A stretch of DNA of 64,000 bases from an uncultured Alphaproteobacteria bacterium (GCA_934234055.1 CAKQGY010000003.1:21142-85141); one strand, 5' to 3'; counted from the first letter of the stretch, positions 39,654-50,667 are shown. Notes: a model not told the origin generated them from the sequence alone. Numbers and translations are program-made.

Positions 39654-40526
39654 ATGCGGGGGTTGGTGGAAGAGGGTAGAATGCTGGCCAAGAAAACTTG
39701 GCTCGGTGTGGGAGGACCGGCCGAGGTCTATATAGAACCGACCGATGTGGCAGACCTGATGCACCTGATGAAAACATTGCCGGACGAGCCGTTTACGGTG
39801 TTAGGGGCGGGCAGCAATGTTTTAATTCGCGACGGTGGGATTCCGGGCATAACTCTGCACCTGGGGCGCAGTTTTTCCGAAATTAAAGTAGAGGGAAATT
39901 GCCTGCGGTGCGGGGCGGGAGCCTCGGTGATGGAAGTGGCGCGTGTGGCTGAGAAAAACGGCTTGACGGGGTTTGAGTTCCTGTCGGGGATACCGGGATC
40001 GGTGGGCGGCGCGGTGCGTATGAATGCGGGGGCTTTCAGACAATCACTCAGCGATAGAATGACCCTGCTGGTTGCGATGACGGGCAACGGTGATATTTCC
40101 GAAATCAACCCGCGTGAGATGAATATCTTTGAATATCGGCAGTGCTATTTGCCGCTGGATTGGATTTTCCTGGAAGTGGTATTGGAAGGCGAAAAGGCCC
40201 GGGATCCGCAAACAATCCGCGACAAGATGCTGGAATACAAGAAAAAACGCGAAGCGGCACAACCGCAAGGGGTGCGCACGGCAGGGTCTACTTTCAAAAA
40301 TCCGGATGGCCTGATGGCGTGGCGATTGATTGATAAGGCCGGTCTGCGCGGGGCTCGGGTCGGGCATGCTGTCGTATCGGATAAGCATGCGAACTTTTTG
40401 ATCAACGAGGGGGGCGCGTCGGCCGAGGATATAGAAGAACTGGGCGAAAAAATCCGGGCTCGGGTGAAAAAAGAACACGGTGTGGCTTTGGAATGGGAAG
40501 TTAAACGATTGGGAGTGCGCAAATGA
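39654..40526 (+). CDS. murB: UDP-N-acetylenolpyruvoylglucosamine reductase
   Basis: FAD-binding WLGVGGPAEV. Start inferred at MRGLVEE. The track ORF begins earlier, overlapping murC. Confidence 0.85.
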   Translation: MRGLVEEGRMLAKKTWLGVGGPAEVYIEPTDVADLMHLMKTLPDEPFTVLGAGSNVLIRDGGIPGITLHLGRSFSEIKVEGNCLRCGAGASVMEVARVAEKNGLTGFEFLSGIPGSVGGAVRMNAGAFRQSLSDRMTLLVAMTGNGDISEINPREMNIFEYRQCYLPLDWIFLEVVLEGEKARDPQTIRDKMLEYKKKREAAQPQGVRTAGSTFKNPDGLMAWRLIDKAGLRGARVGHAVVSDKHANFLINEGGASAEDIEELGEKIRARVKKEHGVALEWEVKRLGVRK

Positions 40527-41446
40527 AGAAAGTAGCGGTTTTAATGGGCGGGTGTTCGTCTGAACGTGATATTTCACTGCAAAGCGGAGAGGGAGTGGCC
40601 GAGGCTTTGGTCGGGTTGGGATACAGCGTCAGCCGACTGGATTGGTCGGGCGACGGAGCCGAGTTGGTGGAAATGTTGACGGCCGAGCGGCCCGATGTGG
40701 TGTTTAATGCACTGCACGGTCGGTTTGGCGAAGACGGCTGTGTGCAGGGGCTTTTGAATATGATGCGGATACCCTATACGCACTCGGGCGTGGCGGCGTC
40801 GGCTATCGGTATGGATAAAGACCTGACCCGACAACTGGCTGAGAATGCCGACATTGATGTGGCGGCGGGGCGGTTGATGATGCGAGAAGACTTTTTGTCG
40901 GGCGGTGAACCGATTATGCCCTATGTAATTAAGCCAAATGCAGACGGATCGTCTGTGGGGGTGTTTATTGTGCGGGACGAGGCCGATCGGGAGCGGGCTT
41001 TGGCGGCCTGGCCCGCGGGTGAAGTTCGCCTGTTGGAAGACTATATCGCAGGACGAGAATTGTCGGTGGCGGTGCTGGACGGCTGTGCGATCGGTGTGGT
41101 GGAGATTATCCCGAAATCGGGTTATTATGACTTTACGAACAAATATCAGGAAGGTGGTGCGCGCCATGTGATACCGGCTGAAATCGGGTCTGAAATGACG
41201 GCTTTGGCCAAGGACTGGGCCGAGCAAATGCATACGATGATAGGCTGTCGCGGTGTGTCGCGGTGTGATTTCCGGCTGAACGATCGGACGAACCCCGAAA
41301 ATCCACGCTTGGTGCTGCTGGAAATCAACACAAATCCCGGTATGACGCGCCTGTCTCTGGTGCCGGAATTGGCCCGCATTTGTCGGCAGATGAGCTATGC
41401 CGAATTGGTGAGGCACTTGGTGGAGGAGGCAACATGCGACAACTGA
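40523..41446 (+). CDS. ddl: D-alanine-D-alanine ligase
   Basis: ATP-grasp. MKKVAVLMGG start. Confidence 0.9.
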   Translation: MKKVAVLMGGCSSERDISLQSGEGVAEALVGLGYSVSRLDWSGDGAELVEMLTAERPDVVFNALHGRFGEDGCVQGLLNMMRIPYTHSGVAASAIGMDKDLTRQLAENADIDVAAGRLMMREDFLSGGEPIMPYVIKPNADGSSVGVFIVRDEADRERALAAWPAGEVRLLEDYIAGRELSVAVLDGCAIGVVEIIPKSGYYDFTNKYQEGGARHVIPAEIGSEMTALAKDWAEQMHTMIGCRGVSRCDFRLNDRTNPENPRLVLLEINTNPGMTRLSLVPELARICRQMSYAELVRHLVEEATCDN

Positions 41447-42207
41447 AAAAAGCCAAATGGCGTCGAGCAAAATGGGGACTGACGGCAACTCTAATCGTTC
41501 TGGTCGGATGCGTCGGAGTCAGTCTGACCCCGACAGGTCGATCTTTTTGGAAGTCTTTGTCGGAAATGGCCGATACAATGACGGACAAAGCCGCTCTGAG
41601 ACTGGGGCAAGCAACAGTGTCGGGATATGCGCGCACAAATAAACAGGATATTGTCAAGAAAATCAACCTTTCGCAAGGAATGCCGATTTTTGATATTGAC
41701 TTGGATCGGGTGCGGGAACAGGTGCTGGAACTGCCGTGGGTGAAAACCGCAGTGGTAAAACGGCAGCTGCCGGCAACACTGTTGATAGAAATCACCGAAA
41801 AAGAGCCGATTGCTCTGTGGCAGAATAACAAAAAATACTGGCCCTTGGATACCGACGGACAACCGATTCGCGATGATAAAACGGTGCTGACAAACCTGAT
41901 TTTGGTGGTGGGACAGGACGCGCCAAAACATACGCCGGCATTGATGAAAACACTGGAATCCTATCCGGAACTGCGCGAAAAAGTGCGCTCGGCTGTGCGG
42001 GTAGGTAATCGGCGCTGGAATCTGATTCTGAACGATGCCGAGGAGGGGCTGGTGATTAAACTGCCCGAAGAGGAACCGGACACGGCATTGAGGCGCTTGA
42101 TGCGGGCAGACGATACGGATAAACTCTTGAAACGTGATCTGAAAAGCATTGATTTGCGCTTGGATGATCGGATTATTGTGCGCGAGAAAGGAAAATCCAA
42201 AAAATGA
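41434..42207 (+). CDS. ftsQ: Cell division protein FtsQ
   Basis: Single TM plus POTRA. Start MRQLKKAKW preceded by GGAGGAGG. Confidence 0.75.
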   Translation: MRQLKKAKWRRAKWGLTATLIVLVGCVGVSLTPTGRSFWKSLSEMADTMTDKAALRLGQATVSGYARTNKQDIVKKINLSQGMPIFDIDLDRVREQVLELPWVKTAVVKRQLPATLLIEITEKEPIALWQNNKKYWPLDTDGQPIRDDKTVLTNLILVVGQDAPKHTPALMKTLESYPELREKVRSAVRVGNRRWNLILNDAEEGLVIKLPEEEPDTALRRLMRADDTDKLLKRDLKSIDLRLDDRIIVREKGKSKK

Positions 42208-43460
42208 GTTGGTGGGCTTATCGGCAAAACAGAAAATCATACATAACAGTGCTGGATATCGGATCGTCCAAAGTGTGTGGCCTGATGGCGCATATTCCCT
42301 CAAACGGTCGACCCGAGGTAATCGGTGTCGGGTTTGCGGCAGCCAAAGGGATTAAATCCGGCATGGTGGTGGATCTGAACGAAGCGACCGAATGTATCGG
42401 GCATGTGCTGGGACAAATTGAAAAGCAGGCCGAGCGACCCGTTAAATCTGTGACAGTAAATATCTCGTCCAATCAACTTAAATCCCGTCACTTGGCCAAG
42501 GAAATCACGTTGGACGACAGCCATCCGATCACGGCCGGCGATGTCAAGCAGTTGGTGGACGATATGATTCAAACCATTGTTCCGCCCGAGGAAGAAGTCT
42601 TGCACCCCTTTGCGATGGGTTATTCGGTGGACGGTGAGGCCGGCATTGCCGACCCGCGGGGCCTGTATGCGCGGACATTAAAGGCGTATGTGCATGTGGT
42701 TACAATTCCCGAAACGCAGCTGCGGAACCTGTTGATGGTTCTGGATCGGTGCCATGTAGAGCTGGATCGCAAAGTTGCAACGCCCTATGCGGCGGCACTG
42801 GCGACTCTGACGGATGAGGAAAAAGAGGTCGGAGCCACGGTGCTGGACCTGGGGGCGGGCACAACGGGTTATGCATTGTTTGCGCGGGGGTATTTGGTGC
42901 ACTTGGGTGTTGTGCCGATCGGAGGAGCCTTGATGACACGCGACATTGCGCAGGTGTTGAGCACCTCGTTGGCCACGGCCGAGCGGTTGAAAACCCTGAA
43001 CGGTGCGGCGTTTTTATCGCCCAAAGACGAGCTGGATCGCCTGATCGTGCCGATGATCGGTGAGGAATCCGAAACAAATTCGCAAATCCCCAAAGCCGAG
43101 CTGATTAAAATCATCGTGCCGCGGTTGGAGTCTATTTTGGAACAAATCGGACAAAAGTTGGCCGCAAACGAATTGTTCTTGGCCTCGGCTCGGCGGTTGG
43201 TGTTGTGCGGCGGCGGCAGTGCTTTGCAGGGAATCAAGGAAAAAGCCGAGGCTCTGTTGGAGGCAAATGTGCGTTTAAGTAAGGCACCATACATAAAAAA
43301 CTTGCCAAATCAATTTGATTCGTATACATTTGTGGTATGTGCCGGATTGTTAAAATATGTTCTGTCGCAACAGGCTGCCGCGCGGCCGGTGGAACAGTTT
43401 GACGAACAGGCGCTTGGGAAAAGTCGTTTTAGAAAGGTCTTGACATGGTTAGTGAAATAG
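42204..43460 (+). CDS. ftsA: Cell division protein FtsA
   Basis: Actin-like ATPase motifs ([15 protein letters not shown]). Confidence 0.9.
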   Translation: MSWWAYRQNRKSYITVLDIGSSKVCGLMAHIPSNGRPEVIGVGFAAAKGIKSGMVVDLNEATECIGHVLGQIEKQAERPVKSVTVNISSNQLKSRHLAKEITLDDSHPITAGDVKQLVDDMIQTIVPPEEEVLHPFAMGYSVDGEAGIADPRGLYARTLKAYVHVVTIPETQLRNLLMVLDRCHVELDRKVATPYAAALATLTDEEKEVGATVLDLGAGTTGYALFARGYLVHLGVVPIGGALMTRDIAQVLSTSLATAERLKTLNGAAFLSPKDELDRLIVPMIGEESETNSQIPKAELIKIIVPRLESILEQIGQKLAANELFLASARRLVLCGGGSALQGIKEKAEALLEANVRLSKAPYIKNLPNQFDSYTFVVCAGLLKYVLSQQAAARPVEQFDEQALGKSRFRKVLTWLVK

Positions 43461-44953
43461 CAAATAATGAACTGGATATCGGGCTGGCAACGCCGGCACC
43501 GGAGGTGCTGTTGACCCCGAACATCGGCGTGTTTGGCGTCGGGGGTGCTGGGGGCAACGCGATCAATAATATGATTCGGTCCAAGTTGGGTGGTGTGTCG
43601 TTCTTTGCCGCCAATACCGATGCCCAGGCTTTGTCGCGATCCTTGGTGGCGGACAAGATTCAGCTGGGTGTGGCATTGACCAAAGGATTGGGGGCGGGGG
43701 CTAATCCCGAAATCGGCAAGGCCGCCGCCGAAGAATCGGCTGACAAGATTAAAGAAGCCCTGACGGGGTTGCACTTGCTGTTTTTAACGGCGGGTATGGG
43801 GGGCGGCACCGGCACGGGGGCGGCGCCTGTGGTGGCACGCCTTGCAAAGGAAATGAATATCCTGACCGTCGGGGTGGTGTCCAAACCGTTTAATTTTGAG
43901 GGGTCGCGCCGGATGAAAACGGCCGAGCAGGGGATTATTGAACTGCAAAAATATGTGGATACGCTGGTTGTGATACCGAACCAAAATCTGTATCGGATTG
44001 CGGGTGAGGGTATGACCTTTTTAGAGGGCTTCAAAATCGCGGATAATGTGTTGTGCCAAGGCGTGCGCAGTATTACGGATTTAATCTTGAAGCCCGGAAT
44101 TATCAATTTGGACTTTGCCGATGTGCGCACGGTGCTGTCCACAATGGGACGCTCTATGATGGGCACCGGTGAGGCCAATGGTGAAAACCGTGCGTTGGCG
44201 GCTGCCGAGCAGGCCATTACCAATCCGCTGTTGGATAACACCAGTATCAAGGGGGCCAAGAGCCTGCTTTTGAACATTTCCAGCGGTTCGGATATGACGA
44301 TGAATGAGTTTGATATTGCCGCTGAGCGCATTCGGGCCGAAGTGGATCCGGACGCGAACATTATTGTCGGCGCCAGTGTTGATGAAGATTTAAGCGGCAA
44401 AATCCGGGTGTCTTTGGTGGCGACGGGAATTGACGATATGGTCAACAATATCCCCGAGGCTGTGAACAAGCCCGTCGTGCCTGAGCCCGCTCCTGTCAAT
44501 GTGACCCCGCCCGAGATCGCACCGATTGTCACACCGACTCCTGCGCCCGAACCGGCGGCGGCCGAGCCTGACCTGATGCCGATTCAGCCCACGGTTGCGC
44601 AAACACCCGAACTGATTTTAACCGAGACGGTAGAGCCTCTTGCGGCCACTTTGGTGGTGGATTTACCGACGCCGCCACCCGCGCCCGAACCGGCCCTGTT
44701 TACCGAGCAGCAGCCGATTATGGCCGACATTACGCCGATTACCGATATGCCCGAGGAACGCGCCGAAATCAAAGTGGATACGCCGCAAAATACCGCGAAT
44801 GTCAAGCCGCAAAACAGTGGGCTGTTTGGTCGCTTTTGGGGCAAGAAACGGCCGGTGGTGCGCCCCGCGCAACCCAAAGAAGATGAGCCTTTGTTGGATG
44901 TGTTCGGCAATGATATGTCGCTTCCTTCCTTTTTTAAGGAACCGCGCAAGTAA
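43445..44953 (+). CDS. ftsZ: Cell division GTPase FtsZ with a long Pro-rich C-terminal linker
   Basis: GGGTGTG tubulin signature. C-terminal conserved peptide [14 protein letters not shown]. Confidence 0.9.
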   Translation: MVSEIANNELDIGLATPAPEVLLTPNIGVFGVGGAGGNAINNMIRSKLGGVSFFAANTDAQALSRSLVADKIQLGVALTKGLGAGANPEIGKAAAEESADKIKEALTGLHLLFLTAGMGGGTGTGAAPVVARLAKEMNILTVGVVSKPFNFEGSRRMKTAEQGIIELQKYVDTLVVIPNQNLYRIAGEGMTFLEGFKIADNVLCQGVRSITDLILKPGIINLDFADVRTVLSTMGRSMMGTGEANGENRALAAAEQAITNPLLDNTSIKGAKSLLLNISSGSDMTMNEFDIAAERIRAEVDPDANIIVGASVDEDLSGKIRVSLVATGIDDMVNNIPEAVNKPVVPEPAPVNVTPPEIAPIVTPTPAPEPAAAEPDLMPIQPTVAQTPELILTETVEPLAATLVVDLPTPPPAPEPALFTEQQPIMADITPITDMPEERAEIKVDTPQNTANVKPQNSGLFGRFWGKKRPVVRPAQPKEDEPLLDVFGNDMSLPSFFKEPRK

Positions 44954-46207
44954 ATGACGAAACCGCAAACTTCCCGTGCGTGTGCCGTGCGCCTGTTGAC
45001 GCAGGTGTTGAATCACGGCCGGACAATAGAGCGCGCCGAAACGGCTGATCCCGGGACGCAAAAGTTGTCTGAATCGGATCGTCAATTTGTGCATTTAATC
45101 TTGCTGACAACGGTGCGTCGGTTGGGACAGATTGACGCGGTTTTGGGGCGGTTGTTGCGCAAGCCGTTGCGGGGTAAACTGGCTCCGGTGAATCAGATTT
45201 TGCGGATCAGTGTGGCGCAATACCTGTTTTTGAAAACGCCGGCCTATGCGGTGGTCAATACGGCGGTGGAACTGACGCGCGCGCTGGGCTTTGCAGGTAT
45301 GACGCGCCTGGTCAACGGGGTGTTGCGCACCTTGGAACGACAGGCAGATTCCCTGGCGGGGACAGAGGTTATTCAAAATATCCCGCTCTGGTTGCGACAG
45401 GTGTGGGAGGCTTATTACGGGCCGGATATGGTGCGTCAAACGGCCGAGGCGGTGCTGATCCCGCCGCCATTGGATATTACGGTGGCCGAAAACGCTGCGG
45501 ATCTGGCCCGGCGGTGGCAGGGAGTTGTATTACCAACCGGCGGGGTGCGGGTAGCGGCGGCCTCCCCCACCGAATTAGAGGGCTTTCAAACGGGTAAATG
45601 CTGGGTGCAAAACGGTGCTGCGTCGGTGCCGGCACAGCTGCTGGGTGATGTGGCGGGCTTGCGGGTAGCGGATTTATGCGCTGCCCCCGGAGGTAAGACG
45701 GCGCAACTGGCCGCCCGCGGTGCGCATGTGGCGGCCTATGACATCTCGGACAAGCGGCTGGAAAGACTGCGTGAAAATATGCGGCGCCTGGGCCTGGAAA
45801 ATCAAGTCTCGGTGCATTGTGGGGATATTTTGACCCTGACGGATCGGGACATTTATGATGCCGTGCTGCTGGACGCACCGTGTTCGGCGACCGGCACGAT
45901 TACCCGCCACCCCGAGGTGATGTATCACCAAACGCCCGCCGATGTGGCGCGCTTGGCCGAATTACAACGGCAAATGCTGCGTCAGGCGATTGCCCTGACA
46001 AAACCGGGGGGTAAAATTGTGTTTTCCACTTGCTCACTGCAACCCGAAGAGGGCGATGCCGTCGTGCAGGCGATGGGTGATCAAATCACGGTTATGCGTC
46101 CGACGGACGATCGCTGGAAACCGTTTTTAACGCCTTTCAGCAGCCTGCGATTCCTGCCGGCCATGGGGTATGACGGCTTTTACGCCTGCCTGATGCGCAG
46201 GCACTAG
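44954..46207 (+). CDS. rsmB: 16S rRNA m5C methyltransferase (RsmB/Sun family)
   Basis: NusB-like N-terminus, SAM motif DLCAAPGGKT, catalytic Cys in STCS. Confidence 0.8.
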   Translation: MTKPQTSRACAVRLLTQVLNHGRTIERAETADPGTQKLSESDRQFVHLILLTTVRRLGQIDAVLGRLLRKPLRGKLAPVNQILRISVAQYLFLKTPAYAVVNTAVELTRALGFAGMTRLVNGVLRTLERQADSLAGTEVIQNIPLWLRQVWEAYYGPDMVRQTAEAVLIPPPLDITVAENAADLARRWQGVVLPTGGVRVAAASPTELEGFQTGKCWVQNGAASVPAQLLGDVAGLRVADLCAAPGGKTAQLAARGAHVAAYDISDKRLERLRENMRRLGLENQVSVHCGDILTLTDRDIYDAVLLDAPCSATGTITRHPEVMYHQTPADVARLAELQRQMLRQAIALTKPGGKIVFSTCSLQPEEGDAVVQAMGDQITVMRPTDDRWKPFLTPFSSLRFLPAMGYDGFYACLMRRH

Positions 46208-46668
46208 GGCGCGGTGGGGGTGGCCTGTGCCTGTAAATGGCGTGTGATATATTGTAAAAACTCAACAAATGTTTGAAAAACAAACAAAGATTGATAGGTA
46301 AAGCGATCTAGTAAGCGGTATTCTTTGGTCGCAAAGTCATAGGTGATCAGTGTCTCCCACCCATAACCCAACAATAATTTTTTCTTCATCACGGCGTTGT
46401 TCTGGCAAAAAGCATAGTGCTGCAAAATGCCGGGGTGCGTAAAGGCGCCTTTGTTGCGTTCAATGTTGTTCAGGGCAAACAGGGTTATCCCGTTCCAAAA
46501 CAGGCCGTTCGTTGCCCCCAAAAACGACACATAATCCAGCGGAATGGGGGGCACCCCCGCTTTGACCAGCGTGACCGAGGCTTGCTGAACGGTTTTGGGA
46601 TCCACGGGCGGGAAAACCACCGCATAGTGCTCGTATAAGCATTTCAGGCATTTATTGAGTTCTGACAT
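46204..46668 (-). CDS. SUKH (Smi1/Knr4)-like putative immunity protein
   Basis: PIPLDYVSFLGATNGLFWNG matches the SUKH-1 LPxDYxxFLxxxNGG core. Last gene of the T4CP operon. Confidence 0.4.
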   Translation of the reverse strand: MSELNKCLKCLYEHYAVVFPPVDPKTVQQASVTLVKAGVPPIPLDYVSFLGATNGLFWNGITLFALNNIERNKGAFTHPGILQHYAFCQNNAVMKKKLLLGYGWETLITYDFATKEYRLLDRFTYQSLFVFQTFVEFLQYITRHLQAQATPTAP

Positions 46669-46671
46669 TTT

Positions 46672-47352
46672 TTACCTCCCCGGCATACTGCGCAGCGCCA
46701 AATCGCGCAAAGCATTTTCCGAAAAACCGGCCACAACACTGCGGTCTTGCTTGTTCTTACCACCCGATCCCGTCAGCAGCCCCAACGGAATATACACTTT
46801 ACCCGTCGGGACGGGGACATACAATTGCGCCGGGGTCAGAGCGCCCTCGGGGCCCAAAATCTGTTTGTTCAGATACAGATGTATCAGCTCGTGAAACGGG
46901 CGAGCCTGAATAAACACCAGGTTTTCAAAATCAACCTTACCGCCGTAATCCAGCGGATACTTCAAATGCACGGTAAAGTTCTCGGGGATTTGGCCGTGCT
47001 TCATATAGAACAGACCCTCTTCCGTAACGCCGGCCGCGCGCAGGTCATTCGCGTGGTGATAGGATAAAAAGCGCGTAAAATCGCGAATCGTGCGGTTCAG
47101 GAACTTTTGCCGGGCGACAAAATCGGCGGCTTCGTCCGGATAATAGGGCACAACCATCAGGTCCATACCCGGAAAGTTCATCTCGTTAAACAGGGACTCC
47201 CAATGGGATTGATCTTGTTCGGCCAACTCCAAACCGTCCATAAAGTGGTCGTCCATCACCGGGGCTTGCAGCAACCTGTCCCAATCGGCAAAAATATCCG
47301 TTGCGTTCAACGACGCGGACAGAGACATTTGTTGGGTGTCATTTTCAGCCAT
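46672..47352 (-). CDS. Hypothetical protein with an HExxH motif (candidate metallopeptidase-type toxin or effector)
   Basis: ARPFHELIHLY. No other recognisable family. Lies between the T4CP and the SUKH-like gene with 3- and 12-bp gaps. Confidence 0.35.
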   Translation of the reverse strand: MAENDTQQMSLSASLNATDIFADWDRLLQAPVMDDHFMDGLELAEQDQSHWESLFNEMNFPGMDLMVVPYYPDEAADFVARQKFLNRTIRDFTRFLSYHHANDLRAAGVTEEGLFYMKHGQIPENFTVHLKYPLDYGGKVDFENLVFIQARPFHELIHLYLNKQILGPEGALTPAQLYVPVPTGKVYIPLGLLTGSGGKNKQDRSVVAGFSENALRDLALRSMPGR

Positions 47353-47364
47353 GGAATCCTCCTA

Positions 47365-49548
47365 TCAGGTTTTGTTTTCTTCGTCCAACTCCACAATATC
47401 GCCTTGCACCATTGCTTTCAGGGCGGACATATCCGCTTCTTCACGCTGGGCCACAATCCAATACGGCACAAACGGCGCGGTTTTAAGAGCACACTTTTTG
47501 CGCATCTTCTTGTCCAAATACCACCGGGGCGCATCGGCCAAAATCGGGCGGTTTAAAAAGCCCTGGAACAAGACATATTGCTTTAACATATCCAAGCTCA
47601 TCATATCCGAGGCACCCACCACACTGGAACTTTGCAGCGACCGCGACACATTCGCCGCGAACGGGTTGGTCTGCATAGAGACCCCCTCGGTGCGCGAAGA
47701 ACTGGCCACTTCAATCGTGCGCGACCCGATCATCTTGGAGAATCGCTCGGCGGTTTGTTCGTTGTTCTGAGCCAGAATGACTTTGGCAGCCGTTGTCGTA
47801 ATAATCGTTTCCAAGTCGTCCTTACCATACTGCCCCGAGATCTGCCCCAAATCCTGTCCGATCAGCAGGTAAGACACCTTTTGTCCCCGCCCGACAGCCG
47901 GCCCGTCCTTGACCGCCGCCAGTTTCGGCATTTGCGGGAATTCATCCAGCACGAATAACACCGGGTAGGGGCCGACTTTGACCCCGTCGGCGGCAATATC
48001 ATTCGGCTTGTTGGAAATCAGGTAAGAACTCATCAATTCCACAAACACGCCGGTAATCACATTCAAGGTTTTGGCATCCACCTGATTGACCGACAGGTAA
48101 ACGGTGATCGGCTTCATTTCGCCTGTCACGGGATCCACCATACCGCGCAAGTCCTTAAATGTAATATCGCTGAACTTGGTGCGGGCGCGCACGGCCGAGT
48201 TTTTGAAAATGTTGATTCCGGTAAAGGCAGTGGATAAAATAGATCCCCGCTCTTTATCGGGCGTGCCGGCCAACTGACTCAGTTCAACCACCGCCCGGCG
48301 GGAATAGCCGAAACGCTCGGCCTCGGCAATCGCGATTTTCAAGGCATCACCCTGCGCATCGGCAAATGCGGCGGCCTGATCGCCCTCGTCCTGCCGGCGT
48401 TTGAGGTCGGCATTGACACGCATTTGTATGTCGGTCCACCAGTCAAAAATCATCGCGATGCAGGGTTCGTTGCCTTGCCAACTTTCGGGCAGACTTTCCC
48501 AAGTTCCCACCGGCGCATAATTTTCGGTCGTCAGCGTCCCGCCCTTTAAGGCCTCCAACGCAATCCGTGCGCTGGGGTCCGTCATATCCATATAATAGGT
48601 TTCCAGCACCTCGGCATCGTCCTTGTCAAACGATCCTTCACTCAGCTTTGCCAGAAAATAGTCGTTTGCCCGGGCGCGCTCACACTTGCTGCAAATAAAG
48701 TGTAAAAAGCCCGACATGGCGTTTCGGCCGGTTTTGGACCAGTGCGGATCTGCGCCGCCTTTTGGCTCCTCTACCAATACAGCAACCATTGAGTCAATAT
48801 ACATATCCCGCGACGGACCCAGTGGCGGCAAACAACTGGCCGACAGAGGGTTCCAGCTGGGGTAGTAGGTTCCCTTGGCCGGGTCATCTTCCGCCCCCCA
48901 GTTGATTACGAACACGGGCCCCTGCGTCGCCCGATAGCCCGAGGTATTATAGCACAATTCCGGCTTGGGGTCGTTGACAATCAGGCTCAGCCCCGGTGAC
49001 TCTAAAATCGTCGGAATCACGACGCCCGCGGTTTTACCGGTTCCCGGAGGCGCCACCACCAACGCCGATAAAGTTTCCGGCATTTTCAACAGCTTGCCCT
49101 TAAACCGCCCCAGCACAATCACAAACCCGTCAAACAGCTTCATTTTTTTGACATCTTCATAGGTTGCCTTGCGCCCGCCGCCAAACACATTCGGCGTGTA
49201 TTTATAGGGGTTTGTGACAATCCGATAGATAAAGAAAGTGAACGCAATCACAAACGATAAATAGGGCAAATACAACACGGGTGATCCCGACCGATCCATA
49301 CGGGCCAACTGCCGATAACTTTGGAACTTGTCCCACAGAACCGTCGGCTTCCAGCCTCGAATCCAGAAATGCCACGCTTTGGACAGCTCGTCAATGCTTA
49401 AACCGTTAAAGAACCACTGCGTCATCGGTATGAACAGCAGCAGCAACAGCCACGCAATCACCAGCGTAAAAAAGATGCTCCATAAAATGCGGGCAACAAA
49501 TTTTACCTGTTCGTCATAAGCCTCATCTCGTTTGAATGCCATAATCAA
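47365..49548 (-). CDS. virD4: Type IV secretion coupling protein (VirD4/TraG family ATPase)
   Basis: Two N-terminal TM helices. Walker A VVAPPGTGKTAGVVIPT (compare VirD4 LVVAPTRSGKGVGVVIP). Walker B LFVLDEFPQMPKL. Confidence 0.8.
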   Translation of the reverse strand: MIMAFKRDEAYDEQVKFVARILWSIFFTLVIAWLLLLLFIPMTQWFFNGLSIDELSKAWHFWIRGWKPTVLWDKFQSYRQLARMDRSGSPVLYLPYLSFVIAFTFFIYRIVTNPYKYTPNVFGGGRKATYEDVKKMKLFDGFVIVLGRFKGKLLKMPETLSALVVAPPGTGKTAGVVIPTILESPGLSLIVNDPKPELCYNTSGYRATQGPVFVINWGAEDDPAKGTYYPSWNPLSASCLPPLGPSRDMYIDSMVAVLVEEPKGGADPHWSKTGRNAMSGFLHFICSKCERARANDYFLAKLSEGSFDKDDAEVLETYYMDMTDPSARIALEALKGGTLTTENYAPVGTWESLPESWQGNEPCIAMIFDWWTDIQMRVNADLKRRQDEGDQAAAFADAQGDALKIAIAEAERFGYSRRAVVELSQLAGTPDKERGSILSTAFTGINIFKNSAVRARTKFSDITFKDLRGMVDPVTGEMKPITVYLSVNQVDAKTLNVITGVFVELMSSYLISNKPNDIAADGVKVGPYPVLFVLDEFPQMPKLAAVKDGPAVGRGQKVSYLLIGQDLGQISGQYGKDDLETIITTTAAKVILAQNNEQTAERFSKMIGSRTIEVASSSRTEGVSMQTNPFAANVSRSLQSSSVVGASDMMSLDMLKQYVLFQGFLNRPILADAPRWYLDKKMRKKCALKTAPFVPYWIVAQREEADMSALKAMVQGDIVELDEENKT

Positions 49549-49557
49549 CCCCTCACA

Positions 49558-50667
49558 CTAAAATAAATCGCGCACGGCTTCCAGCACCGTCGCATCGCCT
49601 TTGTCCGCCGCTTTGGGCAGCGCTTGTTCAAAGGACGGCAATTCTTCCGGTCCGCCCAGGTCTGTCCGACAGACCACAACTCCCTGCCGTTTCCAGGTCT
49701 CGCCCATGTCGGCCGCATTGATAATCGTGCCGTTCTTTTCTATCAGCAGAGGGAACACCTCTTGCGCCAAGCCCGCGCTTTTCAGTTTTTGAGCCAACGC
49801 CCCTGCCTCGGTCCGCAGTTGATATACCGGTGAAATCCGATGCGAGCTTTCCGAAAACCATAGCGGTTCTTCATCGTTAAAGAACTCCTCATCGGCCAGC
49901 CAATCGCCTTTTTCCGTATCCGTCAGGCACAGGACAACCTTGTCCGTGGCAATGCCGATGTAGTTGATGAACAGTTTATTCAACTGCACATCTTTGACAA
50001 CCTGATAATTCCCCGCGAACAAAATCGCCACCAAATCCTCTTCCAAACGCACCGGTTCAGGCAATTGAATCTGATCCAGCGGCATATTGCTGATATCCTC
50101 GTCCATAAAGGCCGGCCGAGTGGTCTCTTCCGCTTCGGGCGCGGCTACGGGAATGGGCTCGGCCATCGGTGTTGGCGCAGGGGCCGCGGGCACGGTGGCC
50201 GGCTCGGCAAACGCAGCGTCCATTGTGCGTCCCGCCACTTTGGCCGAGGGTCTTCCCACAGACGCAATCGGCCGCGGGCGCACTTTTTTGTGCGAGGCTT
50301 TGGCTTTAATTTTAACTTGATTTTTAATAATCTTGTTCGGGTTCGGCCGAAAGAAAAACGATTTGACCTTGCGAAACACGATCATAAAGGATTTGCGCCA
50401 TTGAATCTGATAGGATCCCCACCAAATCAGCATAAACGCCGGAATCATCAGCAGCACGGTAATTACGAAAATCCAATCACCGGTGGTATTGATAACCCAG
50501 CCCGAGCGAAACTCGTTCCACACATAGCGCCAATTATCCCAGGAGAAAATGTTAAAGCACCAATTTTGCCCGTAAAAACTACGCAGATACCACCCGAAAT
50601 AAAATATTCCGATGACCGCTCCGACCACAAGTGCACGTCTCAATTTTTTCATAACAGACCTTTCCAA
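49558..50667 (-). CDS. Hypothetical membrane-anchored protein (first gene of the T4CP operon)
   Basis: N-terminal TMs, a central Ala/Pro-rich linker and an acidic C-terminal domain. No family recognised. Confidence 0.4.
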   Translation of the reverse strand: MERSVMKKLRRALVVGAVIGIFYFGWYLRSFYGQNWCFNIFSWDNWRYVWNEFRSGWVINTTGDWIFVITVLLMIPAFMLIWWGSYQIQWRKSFMIVFRKVKSFFFRPNPNKIIKNQVKIKAKASHKKVRPRPIASVGRPSAKVAGRTMDAAFAEPATVPAAPAPTPMAEPIPVAAPEAEETTRPAFMDEDISNMPLDQIQLPEPVRLEEDLVAILFAGNYQVVKDVQLNKLFINYIGIATDKVVLCLTDTEKGDWLADEEFFNDEEPLWFSESSHRISPVYQLRTEAGALAQKLKSAGLAQEVFPLLIEKNGTIINAADMGETWKRQGVVVCRTDLGGPEELPSFEQALPKAADKGDATVLEAVRDLF

